In this document: one piece after another, positions 10,195 through 18,647 of the stretch
Layout: the number at the start of each line of letters is the position of its first letter
Position numbering within the stretch: position 1 is the first letter of the stretch
Assembly: GCA_964537505.1 (NCBI GenBank)
Contig: CAZICK010000003.1
Coordinates: 13,321-77,320, forward strand
Length of the DNA: 64,000 nt
DNA from: an uncultured Pirellulales bacterium
GTDB lineage: Bacteria; Planctomycetota; Phycisphaerae; Sedimentisphaerales; SM23-30
Reading direction: 5' to 3'
The notes under the pieces: generated by a model
What the model was told of the DNA's origin: nothing
Databases searched by the model: none
What the model saw: the letters and a program-made list of their open reading frames with translations, nothing else
Made by a program: the position numbers and the translations under genes

Positions 10195-10314
10195 TTAACT
10201 ATGACACATTTTTTTTTTGGCGGTTTTCTTCTTGGTGGTTTTTTTCTTCGCTACTTTTTTCTTAGCCACTTTTTTCTTCGCTACTTTTTTCTTAGCCGCT
10301 TTTTTCTTCGCCAT
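10195..10314 (-). CDS. 39-aa Lys-rich histone-H1-like microprotein (absent from ORF track)
   Basis: Hand translation MAKKKAAKKKVAKKKVAKKKVAKKKTTKKKTAKKKMCHS*. Strong RBS AAGGAGGTGA immediately upstream of the ATG. 15-bp repeat units vary by synonymous or conservative changes and stay in frame. Confidence 0.85.
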   Translation of the reverse strand: MAKKKAAKKKVAKKKVAKKKVAKKKTTKKKTAKKKMCHS

Positions 10315-10522
10315 GTGTATCACCTCCTTTCCGAAGTGAATATCAATCGCATGTTAAACAATCAAAAACTATTTCTAACTAAACTCTTCATCGATCATTA
10401 TTTCTTATTTACTTTTTAGCAATACAAAAACTTCATTTTTTTTATCGTCATATAAGCTCATGTGACTTCATTATATTTTTATCAGACACACACAAACATC
10501 CAGTTTTGTAATCCGCTAATAT

Positions 10523-10737
10523 AAAAATAAACTAAAATTGCGTAAAAACAAATCAAATTCATGTAAAAACATACTAATTTCATGCAAAAACATACCAAAT
10601 CCACATAAAAACAAACCAAGACTGTTGAAAACAAACTACAATCACACAAAAACAAATCAAATTCATGTAAAAACAAAACCAAATTTATAAAAAAACAGAA
10701 AGATTGCATAAAAACAAACCAAATTTACAAAAAAAAC
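10523..10737. repeat. Imperfect ~21-bp tandem array with phased A-tracts (~10 units)
   Basis: Units such as AAAAACAAATCAAATTCATGT (identical at 10544 and 10648). The A-tract-C anchor recurs every 19-22 bp. Confidence 0.85.
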
Positions 10738-10886
10738 GTTACTGCGGAACAATCTAACAGCTTAACTGATAGTTAATCGCTTTAATTTATAAATTTAAAG
10801 GTGTGTTACGGTGAGGTGTTGAACATTTTACAGTTTATTTGATGCCGAAATTTTGAAAGACCATATATATTTGAACGGTTGTGATG

Positions 10887-10948
10887 TATTCGATGTGATT
10901 ATTCGATGTGATTATTCAATGCGATTATTCGATGCGATTATTCGATGA
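10887..10948. repeat. 13-bp tandem array TATTCGATGYGAT x~4.7
   Basis: tattcgatgtgat x2, tattcaatgcgat, tattcgatgcgat, then partial tattcgatga. Confidence 0.9.
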
Positions 10949-11256
10949 GCACACTGTGCAAGTAACAAATACATCCTAAAATTGCTTATTGAGCGTCAAG
11001 TTTTTGGGGAGTATTATGTCTTATAGTACAAATATTATAATTATCTGTAACAAATTGTGGTAAGAAATCGGGGTATCGGGACCAACTCAGGTATGTTTTG
11101 TGATGGCAAGCAGTCGCCTGGGATGAGATGGATAGGACGTGCAGTGCCCATGAGCAGCCAAAAACAGTTACTTGCCCATGCCGGGCGATTGAGTTATAAT
11201 TAGTCCGATAGTGATATGTTTGAGAAATGCAATCTGAGCGATTTGGACAACGGAAT

Positions 11257-12231
11257 ATGAGGATTATTGCTTTAGCTAACCAGAAGGGGGGAGTCGGTAA
11301 GACTACAACGACGGTCAATCTGGCTGCAGCGTTGGCTGAAATGGGTAAAAAGGTTGTTTTGATAGACCTGGACCCGCAGTCTCATCTGACGGCTTTTATG
11401 GGGATAGCACCGGAGGATATCAGGTATTCGAGTTATTCGGTATTGATGGAGTCGGAGCCGCTGAGAAAGTCGCTAATATCGGTGCGGGATAACATGAAGG
11501 TGGTGGCTTCGGAGTTGAATCTGGCGGCAGCGGAGCAGGAGTTAGTCTCGGTGGTAGGCAGGGAGACCATTTTGCGTAATGCGTTGGCGGGGTACGATCA
11601 GGAGTGCGACTATATTTTCATTGATTGTCCGCCTTCGCTGGGTCTGCTGACGCTGAACGCATTAGGTGCGGCAGGGGAAGTTTTTATACCGATGCAAGGT
11701 CAATTTCTTTCGCTGCAGGGGTTGAGCCAGTTGCTGGAGTCACTTTTGCTTGTGCGAAAGCGGATCAATCCGTGCTTGAAGGTCAGTGGGTTGCTGCTTT
11801 GCATGTTCGATGCACGAACTTCACTTTCAACGGAGATTGTAGGCGACATAAAGGGATTTTTCGCCGGTCAGCGGGATCGGGACTGTCCGTGGAGTGATAT
11901 CAGGATTTTCGAGACCCGAATACGTCGCAATGTAAAACTGGCTGAGTCTCCCAGTCATGGTCAAACGATATTTGAATATGAACCGGATTGCAACGGCGCC
12001 CGGGATTATCGAGCTTTGGCTGAAGAAGTCGAGTCGATGTCCGCTAATGAGTCTGTGCAGGAAGAAGCCGGCAAACCGACAACGGTCGATGGTGATGGGT
12101 TAGTGAGCGGCGTCCGGGGCGATCAGCCGAAAGCTGCGGCTGTTGTTCCTGCCGGTGAGACGGTTGGTTTGGATACCAGGGCTGATTCTCCGGTAAGCGA
12201 AGAGACTGATTGTCAGGATGACCGTGGATAA
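11257..12231 (+). CDS. parA: ParA/Soj-family ATPase with acidic C-terminal tail
   Basis: ANQKGGVGKTTT deviant Walker A, IDLDPQ, IDCPPSLGLLTLNAL, IRRNVKLAESPSHG. Confidence 0.92.
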   Translation: MRIIALANQKGGVGKTTTTVNLAAALAEMGKKVVLIDLDPQSHLTAFMGIAPEDIRYSSYSVLMESEPLRKSLISVRDNMKVVASELNLAAAEQELVSVVGRETILRNALAGYDQECDYIFIDCPPSLGLLTLNALGAAGEVFIPMQGQFLSLQGLSQLLESLLLVRKRINPCLKVSGLLLCMFDARTSLSTEIVGDIKGFFAGQRDRDCPWSDIRIFETRIRRNVKLAESPSHGQTIFEYEPDCNGARDYRALAEEVESMSANESVQEEAGKPTTVDGDGLVSGVRGDQPKAAAVVPAGETVGLDTRADSPVSEETDCQDDRG

Positions 12232-12362
12232 TTGCTTACGCGTGCAAGCGAGTGGCAGGGGGCGGGCAAAGGTGAAGCTTGCTTATGTTTTGCACAAGTT
12301 TGGCGTAAGTATGCCACCGTCGATTCAAACATCATGGCCGTTGGGAAGCCCGATGGAATTTT

Positions 12363-13118
12363 ATGAACCTGAAACGATTACAATCATTGCTGCCCTGGCT
12401 GGTGCTGGGTATTTATTGGCCGATGTTGTTTGTCGGGACGCACCTTCCCCATCCGCCACGTATAGACTTGTACGGCAGGGACAAGACGCTGCATTTTGTC
12501 GCGTACTTTTTTTTGACCGTGTTGTTTTGGGTGGCCAGTTATGGTACGGATCGTCCGAGCCTGCGTAAAGGCAGGCTGTATAAAGTTGTTGTTTTGTTTG
12601 CTCTTTACGGGGCGATGGATGAGATAACGCAGGGATTGGAATTTATAGGTCGGACATGTGATCCTTTTGACTGGGTGTTCGATATATGCGGGAGCCTGAC
12701 AGCATTGCTGTTGTTGTTTTTGATCCGTCGCTGGCTGTATTGGTTGATACTTTACTGGGTGGGTTTGGCGGTGATTACTCATTGGCCGGCTGATAAACCA
12801 TTTGTTAAGTTGCCGGAGTTTTTGCAGCCGTTTAGGGCAGCATATATGATGACGGCGTATCTGGCGCTGACGCTCGCCTGGTGGCGTATGCTTTGTCCTC
12901 AGCGGCGGTTTATAATCAATAAAACCATACTGGTCTTGACGTTATTTGTGTTGGGTTTTTACGCATGTCTGGATGGATTTGTCAATATGTGGATGCGTGG
13001 TAGTTTTGATGTTAGTGATTTTCTCTCAGGGTTGGCGGGTATCGTTATTGGGATAGGATGCTCAGCGGCCCTGGCCCGGCACAATGTCACAGTCGAGGCT
13101 TATGGCAATGGCGAATAA
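12363..13118 (+). CDS. VanZ-like membrane protein (tandem VanZ-like modules)
   Basis: DKTLHFVAY...YGAMDEITQ...DWVFD, then a second degenerate module (YACLDGFV...DVSDFL). Multiple hydrophobic helices. Confidence 0.75.
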   Translation: MNLKRLQSLLPWLVLGIYWPMLFVGTHLPHPPRIDLYGRDKTLHFVAYFFLTVLFWVASYGTDRPSLRKGRLYKVVVLFALYGAMDEITQGLEFIGRTCDPFDWVFDICGSLTALLLLFLIRRWLYWLILYWVGLAVITHWPADKPFVKLPEFLQPFRAAYMMTAYLALTLAWWRMLCPQRRFIINKTILVLTLFVLGFYACLDGFVNMWMRGSFDVSDFLSGLAGIVIGIGCSAALARHNVTVEAYGNGE

Positions 13119-13179
13119 TCGCAACGCATAACAAACTAAGGTTAAGATAGCTGTTGGGACGTTATAGCATATAGCTTGA

Positions 13180-13313
13180 TGTTGCAGAAAAACAACATAA
13201 CAAACCATACAAACTACCTCTGTTACCTACTCCTTAAACTCAACACAATCGGTATAATTCTAATGTTGTGTTTTTACAACACTTTTATAGGTCAATGTTG
13301 CGAAAAAACAACA
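13180..13313. promoter_or_regulatory. Three palindromic TGTTG-N8-CAACA sites
   Basis: Copies at 13180-13197, 13264-13281 and 13296-13313, just upstream of TTGACT at 13321. Confidence 0.75.
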
Positions 13314-13508
13314 AATGCTCTTGACTTTTAGGCGGTAAAATTGTAATTGTATATTAGAGAGAAATATGTTTCTCATTTGTTATTGGGCAGAATCAAGCCA
13401 CATGCAATAATGTTTGAACAGTTCGGCAGGAGAGAGAATTGAGATAGTTTTTCGTATCAACTTTTTTGGGAATTGATCCCCAACATTTAAGGTTTTTGTT
13501 ATCGGATT

Positions 13509-14678
13509 ATGCAAACGGGAAAAGAGAAAAAACAAAACGATCAGGCCGTTGGTTTTTTGAAAGTCGCTTTTGACGGTTCGAAGACCCCGGAGCTTCGCTT
13601 TGGTTACATGGCGGGTCATCTTATCAATGTTATGCCTTTGGGTGTAGTGGCATTTGATACGGAGTTGACTATAACCGACATTAATCCCAGTGCCAGGGGG
13701 ATGTTGATCCCGGCGGAGAACATTGCCGATGCCCTGTCCTTTGGCAGTAACTTCGATCAGGAGCAGACGTGGCATCAGCGTTTACAGTTGGCTCTGGAGA
13801 GTTCGGATCCGTGCGTTTTCGAGAATATTGCTTATGCCAACGATGGTGTGAACCATATTTTGCATATTATCTGTACGCCGTTGACCGAGGAAGTAAGTAA
13901 TCGGCATATCGGCGGTATTCTTTTGATAGAAGACGTAGCGGATAAAGTGATGATGGAAAACGATCTGGCGTCTGCGGAGCGTCTGGCGGCGATGGGGAAG
14001 CTTGCCGCCCGTGTGGCTCACGAATTGAACAATCCGCTGGACGGGATTTTGCGTTATATTAATCTTGCTCTGCGGGTGGCGGACAAAAACAACAGCGATC
14101 AAAGCGTGCGGTATCTTCAGGAGTCGCGTAAAGGTCTGCAGCGGATGGTGCAGATCATAGGTGAGCTGCTGGAATTTTCGCGAAGTACTTATTCGGCTTT
14201 TGAACAGACCGATCTCAACGATATTGTGGAAGACGCCCTCAAGGCGATGGAATCGCCGATTCTGGAGAAGAAGATTCAGGTGGAGCGGCAATACACTTCG
14301 GATTTGCCCCATATTCGCAGCGGTAATTTGTTTCAGGTTTTTTGCAATCTTATCAAGAACGCGGCGGACGCCATGGATCAGCGGGGCAAGCTGACCATCC
14401 GGACCGGTTGTGACGAGCACTATTTGCTGATCGAATTTGCCGATACCGGCTGCGGTTTCAGCGAGGAGACGCGCAAGAAGCTTTTTGAGCCGTTCTTTAC
14501 TACCAAAGACGCCGGTAAAGGTACAGGGCTGGGCCTAGCTATTTGTAAAGATATTGTCGAACGTTATAACGGACATATTTGTGCCCAAGATCGGCCGGGT
14601 GGAGGGGCGGTTTTTACGGTAAGCATACCGCTGGGGTTTGCCACCAAGAATCAAATTAGGCGGTTACGGAGCGGATAG
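13509..14678 (+). CDS. Cytoplasmic PAS-type sensor histidine kinase
   Basis: H-box AHELNNPL, N-box [32 protein letters not shown]-like N-terminus and no TM segment. Confidence 0.92.
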   Translation: MQTGKEKKQNDQAVGFLKVAFDGSKTPELRFGYMAGHLINVMPLGVVAFDTELTITDINPSARGMLIPAENIADALSFGSNFDQEQTWHQRLQLALESSDPCVFENIAYANDGVNHILHIICTPLTEEVSNRHIGGILLIEDVADKVMMENDLASAERLAAMGKLAARVAHELNNPLDGILRYINLALRVADKNNSDQSVRYLQESRKGLQRMVQIIGELLEFSRSTYSAFEQTDLNDIVEDALKAMESPILEKKIQVERQYTSDLPHIRSGNLFQVFCNLIKNAADAMDQRGKLTIRTGCDEHYLLIEFADTGCGFSEETRKKLFEPFFTTKDAGKGTGLGLAICKDIVERYNGHICAQDRPGGGAVFTVSIPLGFATKNQIRRLRSG

Positions 14679-14715
14679 CTGTAGGTTTTTCGGACAGGAA
14701 AGGGAGACAGTAGAA

Positions 14716-16113
14716 ATGGCGGGAGAAAAACTATTAGTAGTCGATGACGATCAGATCATTCGTGAATCGTTATGCGAGTTTCTCAAGTTAGAAGGTTACC
14801 AGTGTCGTCAGGCAGGTGATTTCAAACAGGCCCTTGGGGAGCTGGAAAAACAGGACTACAATCTGGTTGTTACCGACGTCAATATGCCGGAGATGGACGG
14901 ATTTGAATTGCTGCGGGTGATCCGCAAGCGTTATCCGGAAGTGGTCACGATTGTTATCACCGGCTACGGTACGATCGAAAGCGCGGTCGAGGCCATTAAG
15001 ATGGGGGCATACGATTATCTGACCAAGCCGATCGTCGATGATGAAATCCGCATGATTGTCTCGCGAGCTTTGGAGCAGCAGGCGTTACTGCAGGAAAATC
15101 GCAATCTGCGCAATCTGCTGCGTGGGCAATACGGGCTGGATAATATTGTCGGTCAGGACTACAAGATGCTCAAGATATTCGAGCTGATCGAGGCCGTGGC
15201 CGACAGTAAAGCGACAGTGTTGATTACCGGTCAGAGCGGTACCGGCAAAAGTCTGATCGCCCGGTCGATCCACCATCGGTCCAACCGCATGGAAAAGCCG
15301 TTTGTTGAGGTGAGCTGCGGGGCATTGCCGGAGACACTGCTGGAAAGTGAGCTTTTCGGTCATGTCAAGGGTTCGTTTACCGGAGCGGTAAGCGATAAAA
15401 ATGGTAAGTTCCAGGCAGCGGACGGCGGGACGTTGTTTTTGGATGAGATCAACTCTGCTCCTGCCAGTCTGCAAGTGAAGCTTTTGCGGGTGCTGCAGGA
15501 GAAGCAGTTCGAGCGGGTGGGCAGTAACGAGACGCAGACAGTCGATGTTCGCGTTCTGCTGGCTACGAACGTAGATCTGCAAGAAGAGGTCAAGTCCGGG
15601 GGATTCCGTGAGGATTTGTTTTATCGGATCAACGTGGTGAATATCGAGATGCCGGCTTTGGCGGAGCGGGTCACCGACATACCATTGCTGGCAGGAAGGT
15701 TTCTGGAGGCGATGAGCCTCAAGCACGGCAAGGAAAAAACCAGCTTCGACAACGAAGCTTTGCGGGCACTGGAACACTATAGTTGGCCGGGCAACGTGCG
15801 TGAACTGGAGAATGTGGTCGAACGTGCAGTGGTACTCTCCAAGCACAGCAATATCGAACTGAACGATCTGCCACAAAATATCATCGACTATGTTAATAGA
15901 GAAGAAAGTGCTGTGGCGTTCAAATCGCTGAGCCTGCGCGAGGCCATGGAAGAACCGGAAAAAAAGATTATCGAGATGGCTTTGCGGCGTAACAACTGGA
16001 ACCGCCAATTGGCCGCCGATATGCTGGAGATCAACCGTACTACACTTTATAAGAAGATGAAGCGTTATGACCTGGAGGTCGATCCGCTTGTTCGGTCAGT
16101 GAGCCATAAATAG
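14716..16113 (+). CDS. Sigma54-dependent response regulator (NtrC/AtoC family)
   Basis: Receiver (VVDDD, TDVNMP), Walker A GQSGTGKS, ESELFGHVKGSFTGA, FLDEI, WPGNVRELEN, and a C-terminal Fis-type HTH. Confidence 0.95.
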   Translation: MAGEKLLVVDDDQIIRESLCEFLKLEGYQCRQAGDFKQALGELEKQDYNLVVTDVNMPEMDGFELLRVIRKRYPEVVTIVITGYGTIESAVEAIKMGAYDYLTKPIVDDEIRMIVSRALEQQALLQENRNLRNLLRGQYGLDNIVGQDYKMLKIFELIEAVADSKATVLITGQSGTGKSLIARSIHHRSNRMEKPFVEVSCGALPETLLESELFGHVKGSFTGAVSDKNGKFQAADGGTLFLDEINSAPASLQVKLLRVLQEKQFERVGSNETQTVDVRVLLATNVDLQEEVKSGGFREDLFYRINVVNIEMPALAERVTDIPLLAGRFLEAMSLKHGKEKTSFDNEALRALEHYSWPGNVRELENVVERAVVLSKHSNIELNDLPQNIIDYVNREESAVAFKSLSLREAMEEPEKKIIEMALRRNNWNRQLAADMLEINRTTLYKKMKRYDLEVDPLVRSVSHK

Positions 16114-17103
16114 CTAACTGGGTATAAGAACGGCGGCCGGACGCTTTTTCGGAGGAGGTGTAAGTTTGTTCCAGATCGCCTGTCCAAGCGATCTGGCCAG
16201 TCCCGCCGGTCCCAGGGCCTGTTCGCATCGCGAGCAAAGAAAGCTGCGTGGTGCAGGCTTACCGCTATAAAGCAACTCTATCGCCTCCTTGCGCGGCGGT
16301 GAGTTCCAGACGGTTGATATACCATCTTTGCCAACGTCGCCCCATATCAGTTCGCGGCCCATATCCTGACAGCACATTACGGCCCGGCCGTCAAACAGGA
16401 TCACCATTTCCACCAGGGGATGATGGCATTGGCAGCCGTAAAGGCGAACAGTATTTCTGGAGTTTTTTTTCGAGTTTTTTGGCCGCAATCTCCCCACGGC
16501 TCCGCAGCGGCTGATCGGAGGGAGATACTCTAGTTGTACGTGTTTGTCCCTCCAGAACTCGAGCCATCGCTGGGGTTCGCCGGTTGGCCAATTGTCGTCC
16601 ACGCCGCGAATGAGGATGTTTTCCGGATTGTAGTGTTCGATCAGGTAAAGCACGTGTTTTAGCGAGGTTTGGTAGTCCAGGCCGAGGATTCGCTGGTAAA
16701 CTTCCGGGGTTATTCCGTGAAAACTGATGTGGATTTTTCCGTTAAAGCCGGTTTTCAGCAGGGCATCGATCTTTTGCGGGGTCATAACCGAGGCGTTGGT
16801 GTTCAGATATATGTCTATTTGGCGATCCAAAGCAAAACTGACATAACGGTCCAGATCGTCAGTCAGGAAAGGTTCGCCCATATAACAGTAGGTTAATATC
16901 GGACGAAAACCATGCTCCCGACCGAGTGCGGTGAACTCTTCCACAATAGACTGGTACAAAGGCCAGGGCATCCGGCCCTGACTGTGCCGCTTTGAATAAC
17001 GAGGATAAGGACATATAGTACAGCGAGCATTGCAGTATGAATGGATGTCGATGATGAGTTTTATGGGGAAGCTGCGGACACGATGTAAAAATGGATTTAT
17101 CAT
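16114..17103 (-). CDS. Radical SAM protein with SPASM/Twitch domain
   Basis: CNARCTIC (CxxxCxxC), MGEPFL, C-terminal CHHP...MCCQD...CSRC. Confidence 0.88.
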   Translation of the reverse strand: MINPFLHRVRSFPIKLIIDIHSYCNARCTICPYPRYSKRHSQGRMPWPLYQSIVEEFTALGREHGFRPILTYCYMGEPFLTDDLDRYVSFALDRQIDIYLNTNASVMTPQKIDALLKTGFNGKIHISFHGITPEVYQRILGLDYQTSLKHVLYLIEHYNPENILIRGVDDNWPTGEPQRWLEFWRDKHVQLEYLPPISRCGAVGRLRPKNSKKNSRNTVRLYGCQCHHPLVEMVILFDGRAVMCCQDMGRELIWGDVGKDGISTVWNSPPRKEAIELLYSGKPAPRSFLCSRCEQALGPAGLARSLGQAIWNKLTPPPKKRPAAVLIPS

Positions 17104-17174
17104 GCTCTTTTCATCGGCAATTGACGGTTGTTAACCTGAGCGATTATGGTTATTGGTTTGTGTGGGCGGGTGGT

Positions 17175-17822
17175 TTATTCTGGTTCGCCCGGTCCGTTCG
17201 GCGGCCGCAGTTCTTTTTTGAGCCAGGGCCAGTAGTAAGTGGTATATACCCATATAGATACCAGATTGATTATCATACTGGCAATTTCCACGGTATAGAT
17301 GATGATCGGATGGAGTTGCAGCCACCAGTGTTGGGGCGCCTGGAGATAATAATAGATTGTGCAGATTGCCGGGAATGAGATGACGGTGCGTGCCTTGCCG
17401 GACCAGTTGGCCTTGGCATCGACGTTGTACAAGGCTCCGATCGACCGCAAAAAAGATACCCATTGGTCGCGCATAAGGAAAAGGATCGCCAGGCCAAGTA
17501 GCAGTCCGGCATGCTTATACTGTCCGGCAAGGCCCGCCAGGTAAACCAAAGTGGGGAAAGTGGTCAGGTAAAAAACCTTGTCGGTCAGAGGGTCCATGTA
17601 GGCTCCCATGCGGGTGACCACCTGAAACCGGCGGGCAAAATAACCATCGAACAGATCGGTCACGGCTGAGAGGATCATCGCTGTGAAAGCGATCGTAAAC
17701 CATAACTGACTCAACGGTTTGTCGGCAAACAAATTCACCGCCAGAAACACGAGGATCAGCGGTATCCGTCCACAGGTAAGCAGTTGCACAAAATAGAACT
17801 TGTTTTTGTATGAGTTGCTCAT
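17175..17822 (-). CDS. CDP-alcohol phosphatidyltransferase
   Basis: TDLFDGYFARRFQVVTRMGAYMDPLTDK matches DxxDGxxAR...GxxxDxxxD. Hydrophobic. Confidence 0.92.
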   Translation of the reverse strand: MSNSYKNKFYFVQLLTCGRIPLILVFLAVNLFADKPLSQLWFTIAFTAMILSAVTDLFDGYFARRFQVVTRMGAYMDPLTDKVFYLTTFPTLVYLAGLAGQYKHAGLLLGLAILFLMRDQWVSFLRSIGALYNVDAKANWSGKARTVISFPAICTIYYYLQAPQHWWLQLHPIIIYTVEIASMIINLVSIWVYTTYYWPWLKKELRPPNGPGEPE

Positions 17823-18643
17823 CAGAGCTGTTCTCCGAGCGCCCGGGCCTGCAGAATCAGATCGGCAACCTGTCGAAAACCCGCTCCGCAGGATTTGGTA
17901 GTGATAAATCTCGGGTGATGCTGCATCATCGCCAGGAAAGGTTCGACATTAGCCATTCCGAACGATAACCGAAAGAACTCGAACATCGGTTCATCATTGG
18001 GTGAATCGCCGCAGTAAACAAACTGCTGACTTTCTCTGTCCAGTTCGAGGCCTAAAAGCTCGCGTACACATAATTTTGTGGTGGAGAGTTTGTCGAAATC
18101 GCCATACCAGCCGTTGACATGGATCGAGGAAATCCGGGCGTGAGCACCGGCTTGTTCGAACAGTTCTTTGATGCGCAAAACGTGTTCTCGCGGCAGTGGT
18201 TTGACGTCTTCGCAGAAGTCTATAGCCAGATCATATTCCCGATAAGGCTGGTCTGAGGCAATGTCGCTGCCGGGTACCTGCTGCAAAATTGTTTTGCGTA
18301 GTGACTGCAGTTTTTTGCGGAAAGCGGTCCTTTCGGCCTGACTGTAGAGAAAACGGCGTTGCAGTTTTCCCCCGTCATGGTGGAAATAAAACCCTCCGTT
18401 TTCGCCGACCACGGCATCCACCGGCCAGAAACGCCCGATATGGTCGCACCATCCAGCCGGCCGACCGGTGACGACTATAATACGTATGCCGGCATCATGA
18501 AGTCGCCACAGGGCGTCAAATGCCTCGGCAGTGATCCTGCCGGAGGTCGAGAAGGTATCGTCAATGTCTGTCAAAAGGATTTTGACGTTTGCCAGGCATT
18601 TAGGATCCAACTGATCGATTGTTTTCAATTTCACCGTAGTCAT
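17822..18643 (-). CDS. HAD-superfamily (IIB) hydrolase/phosphatase
   Basis: TDIDDT motif I, VTGRPAGW motif II, GDSPNDEPM motif IV. Confidence 0.88.
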   Translation of the reverse strand: MTTVKLKTIDQLDPKCLANVKILLTDIDDTFSTSGRITAEAFDALWRLHDAGIRIIVVTGRPAGWCDHIGRFWPVDAVVGENGGFYFHHDGGKLQRRFLYSQAERTAFRKKLQSLRKTILQQVPGSDIASDQPYREYDLAIDFCEDVKPLPREHVLRIKELFEQAGAHARISSIHVNGWYGDFDKLSTTKLCVRELLGLELDRESQQFVYCGDSPNDEPMFEFFRLSFGMANVEPFLAMMQHHPRFITTKSCGAGFRQVADLILQARALGEQL

Positions 18644-18647
18644 AGTT

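Noticed and set aside
10482-10709. 75-aa LVCFY-heptad ORF on the minus strand
   Set aside because: It is the translation of the 21-bp array, with no RBS and extreme composition. It is kept only as an alternative explanation of the array.
10523-10948. Possible CRISPR array
   Set aside because: Units are contiguous with no unique spacers and no cas genes are present.
11105-11192. ZMP/ZTP riboswitch suggested by GTCGCCTGGG and a 10-bp stem with CCGGGCGATT
   Set aside because: The 5' GACTGGCG/GTGG...CCAC core is absent and the downstream gene (parA) does not fit.
10400-11230. DnaA boxes supporting oriC
   Set aside because: Only 2-mismatch look-alikes (AAATCCACA, TGTGATTAT) were found, with no TTATCCACA cluster.
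13320-16113. Sigma54 -24/-12 promoter targeted by the local activator
   Set aside because: No convincing TGGCAC-N5-TTGC was found in the intergenic regions inspected. The GTGCCA-N5-GCAA near 40890 has the wrong element order.
16171-16196. 9-bp perfect hairpin CCAGATCGC/GCGATCTGG at the convergent gene ends
   Set aside because: It lies within the radical SAM 3' coding region and lacks a U tract. At most a weak bidirectional terminator.
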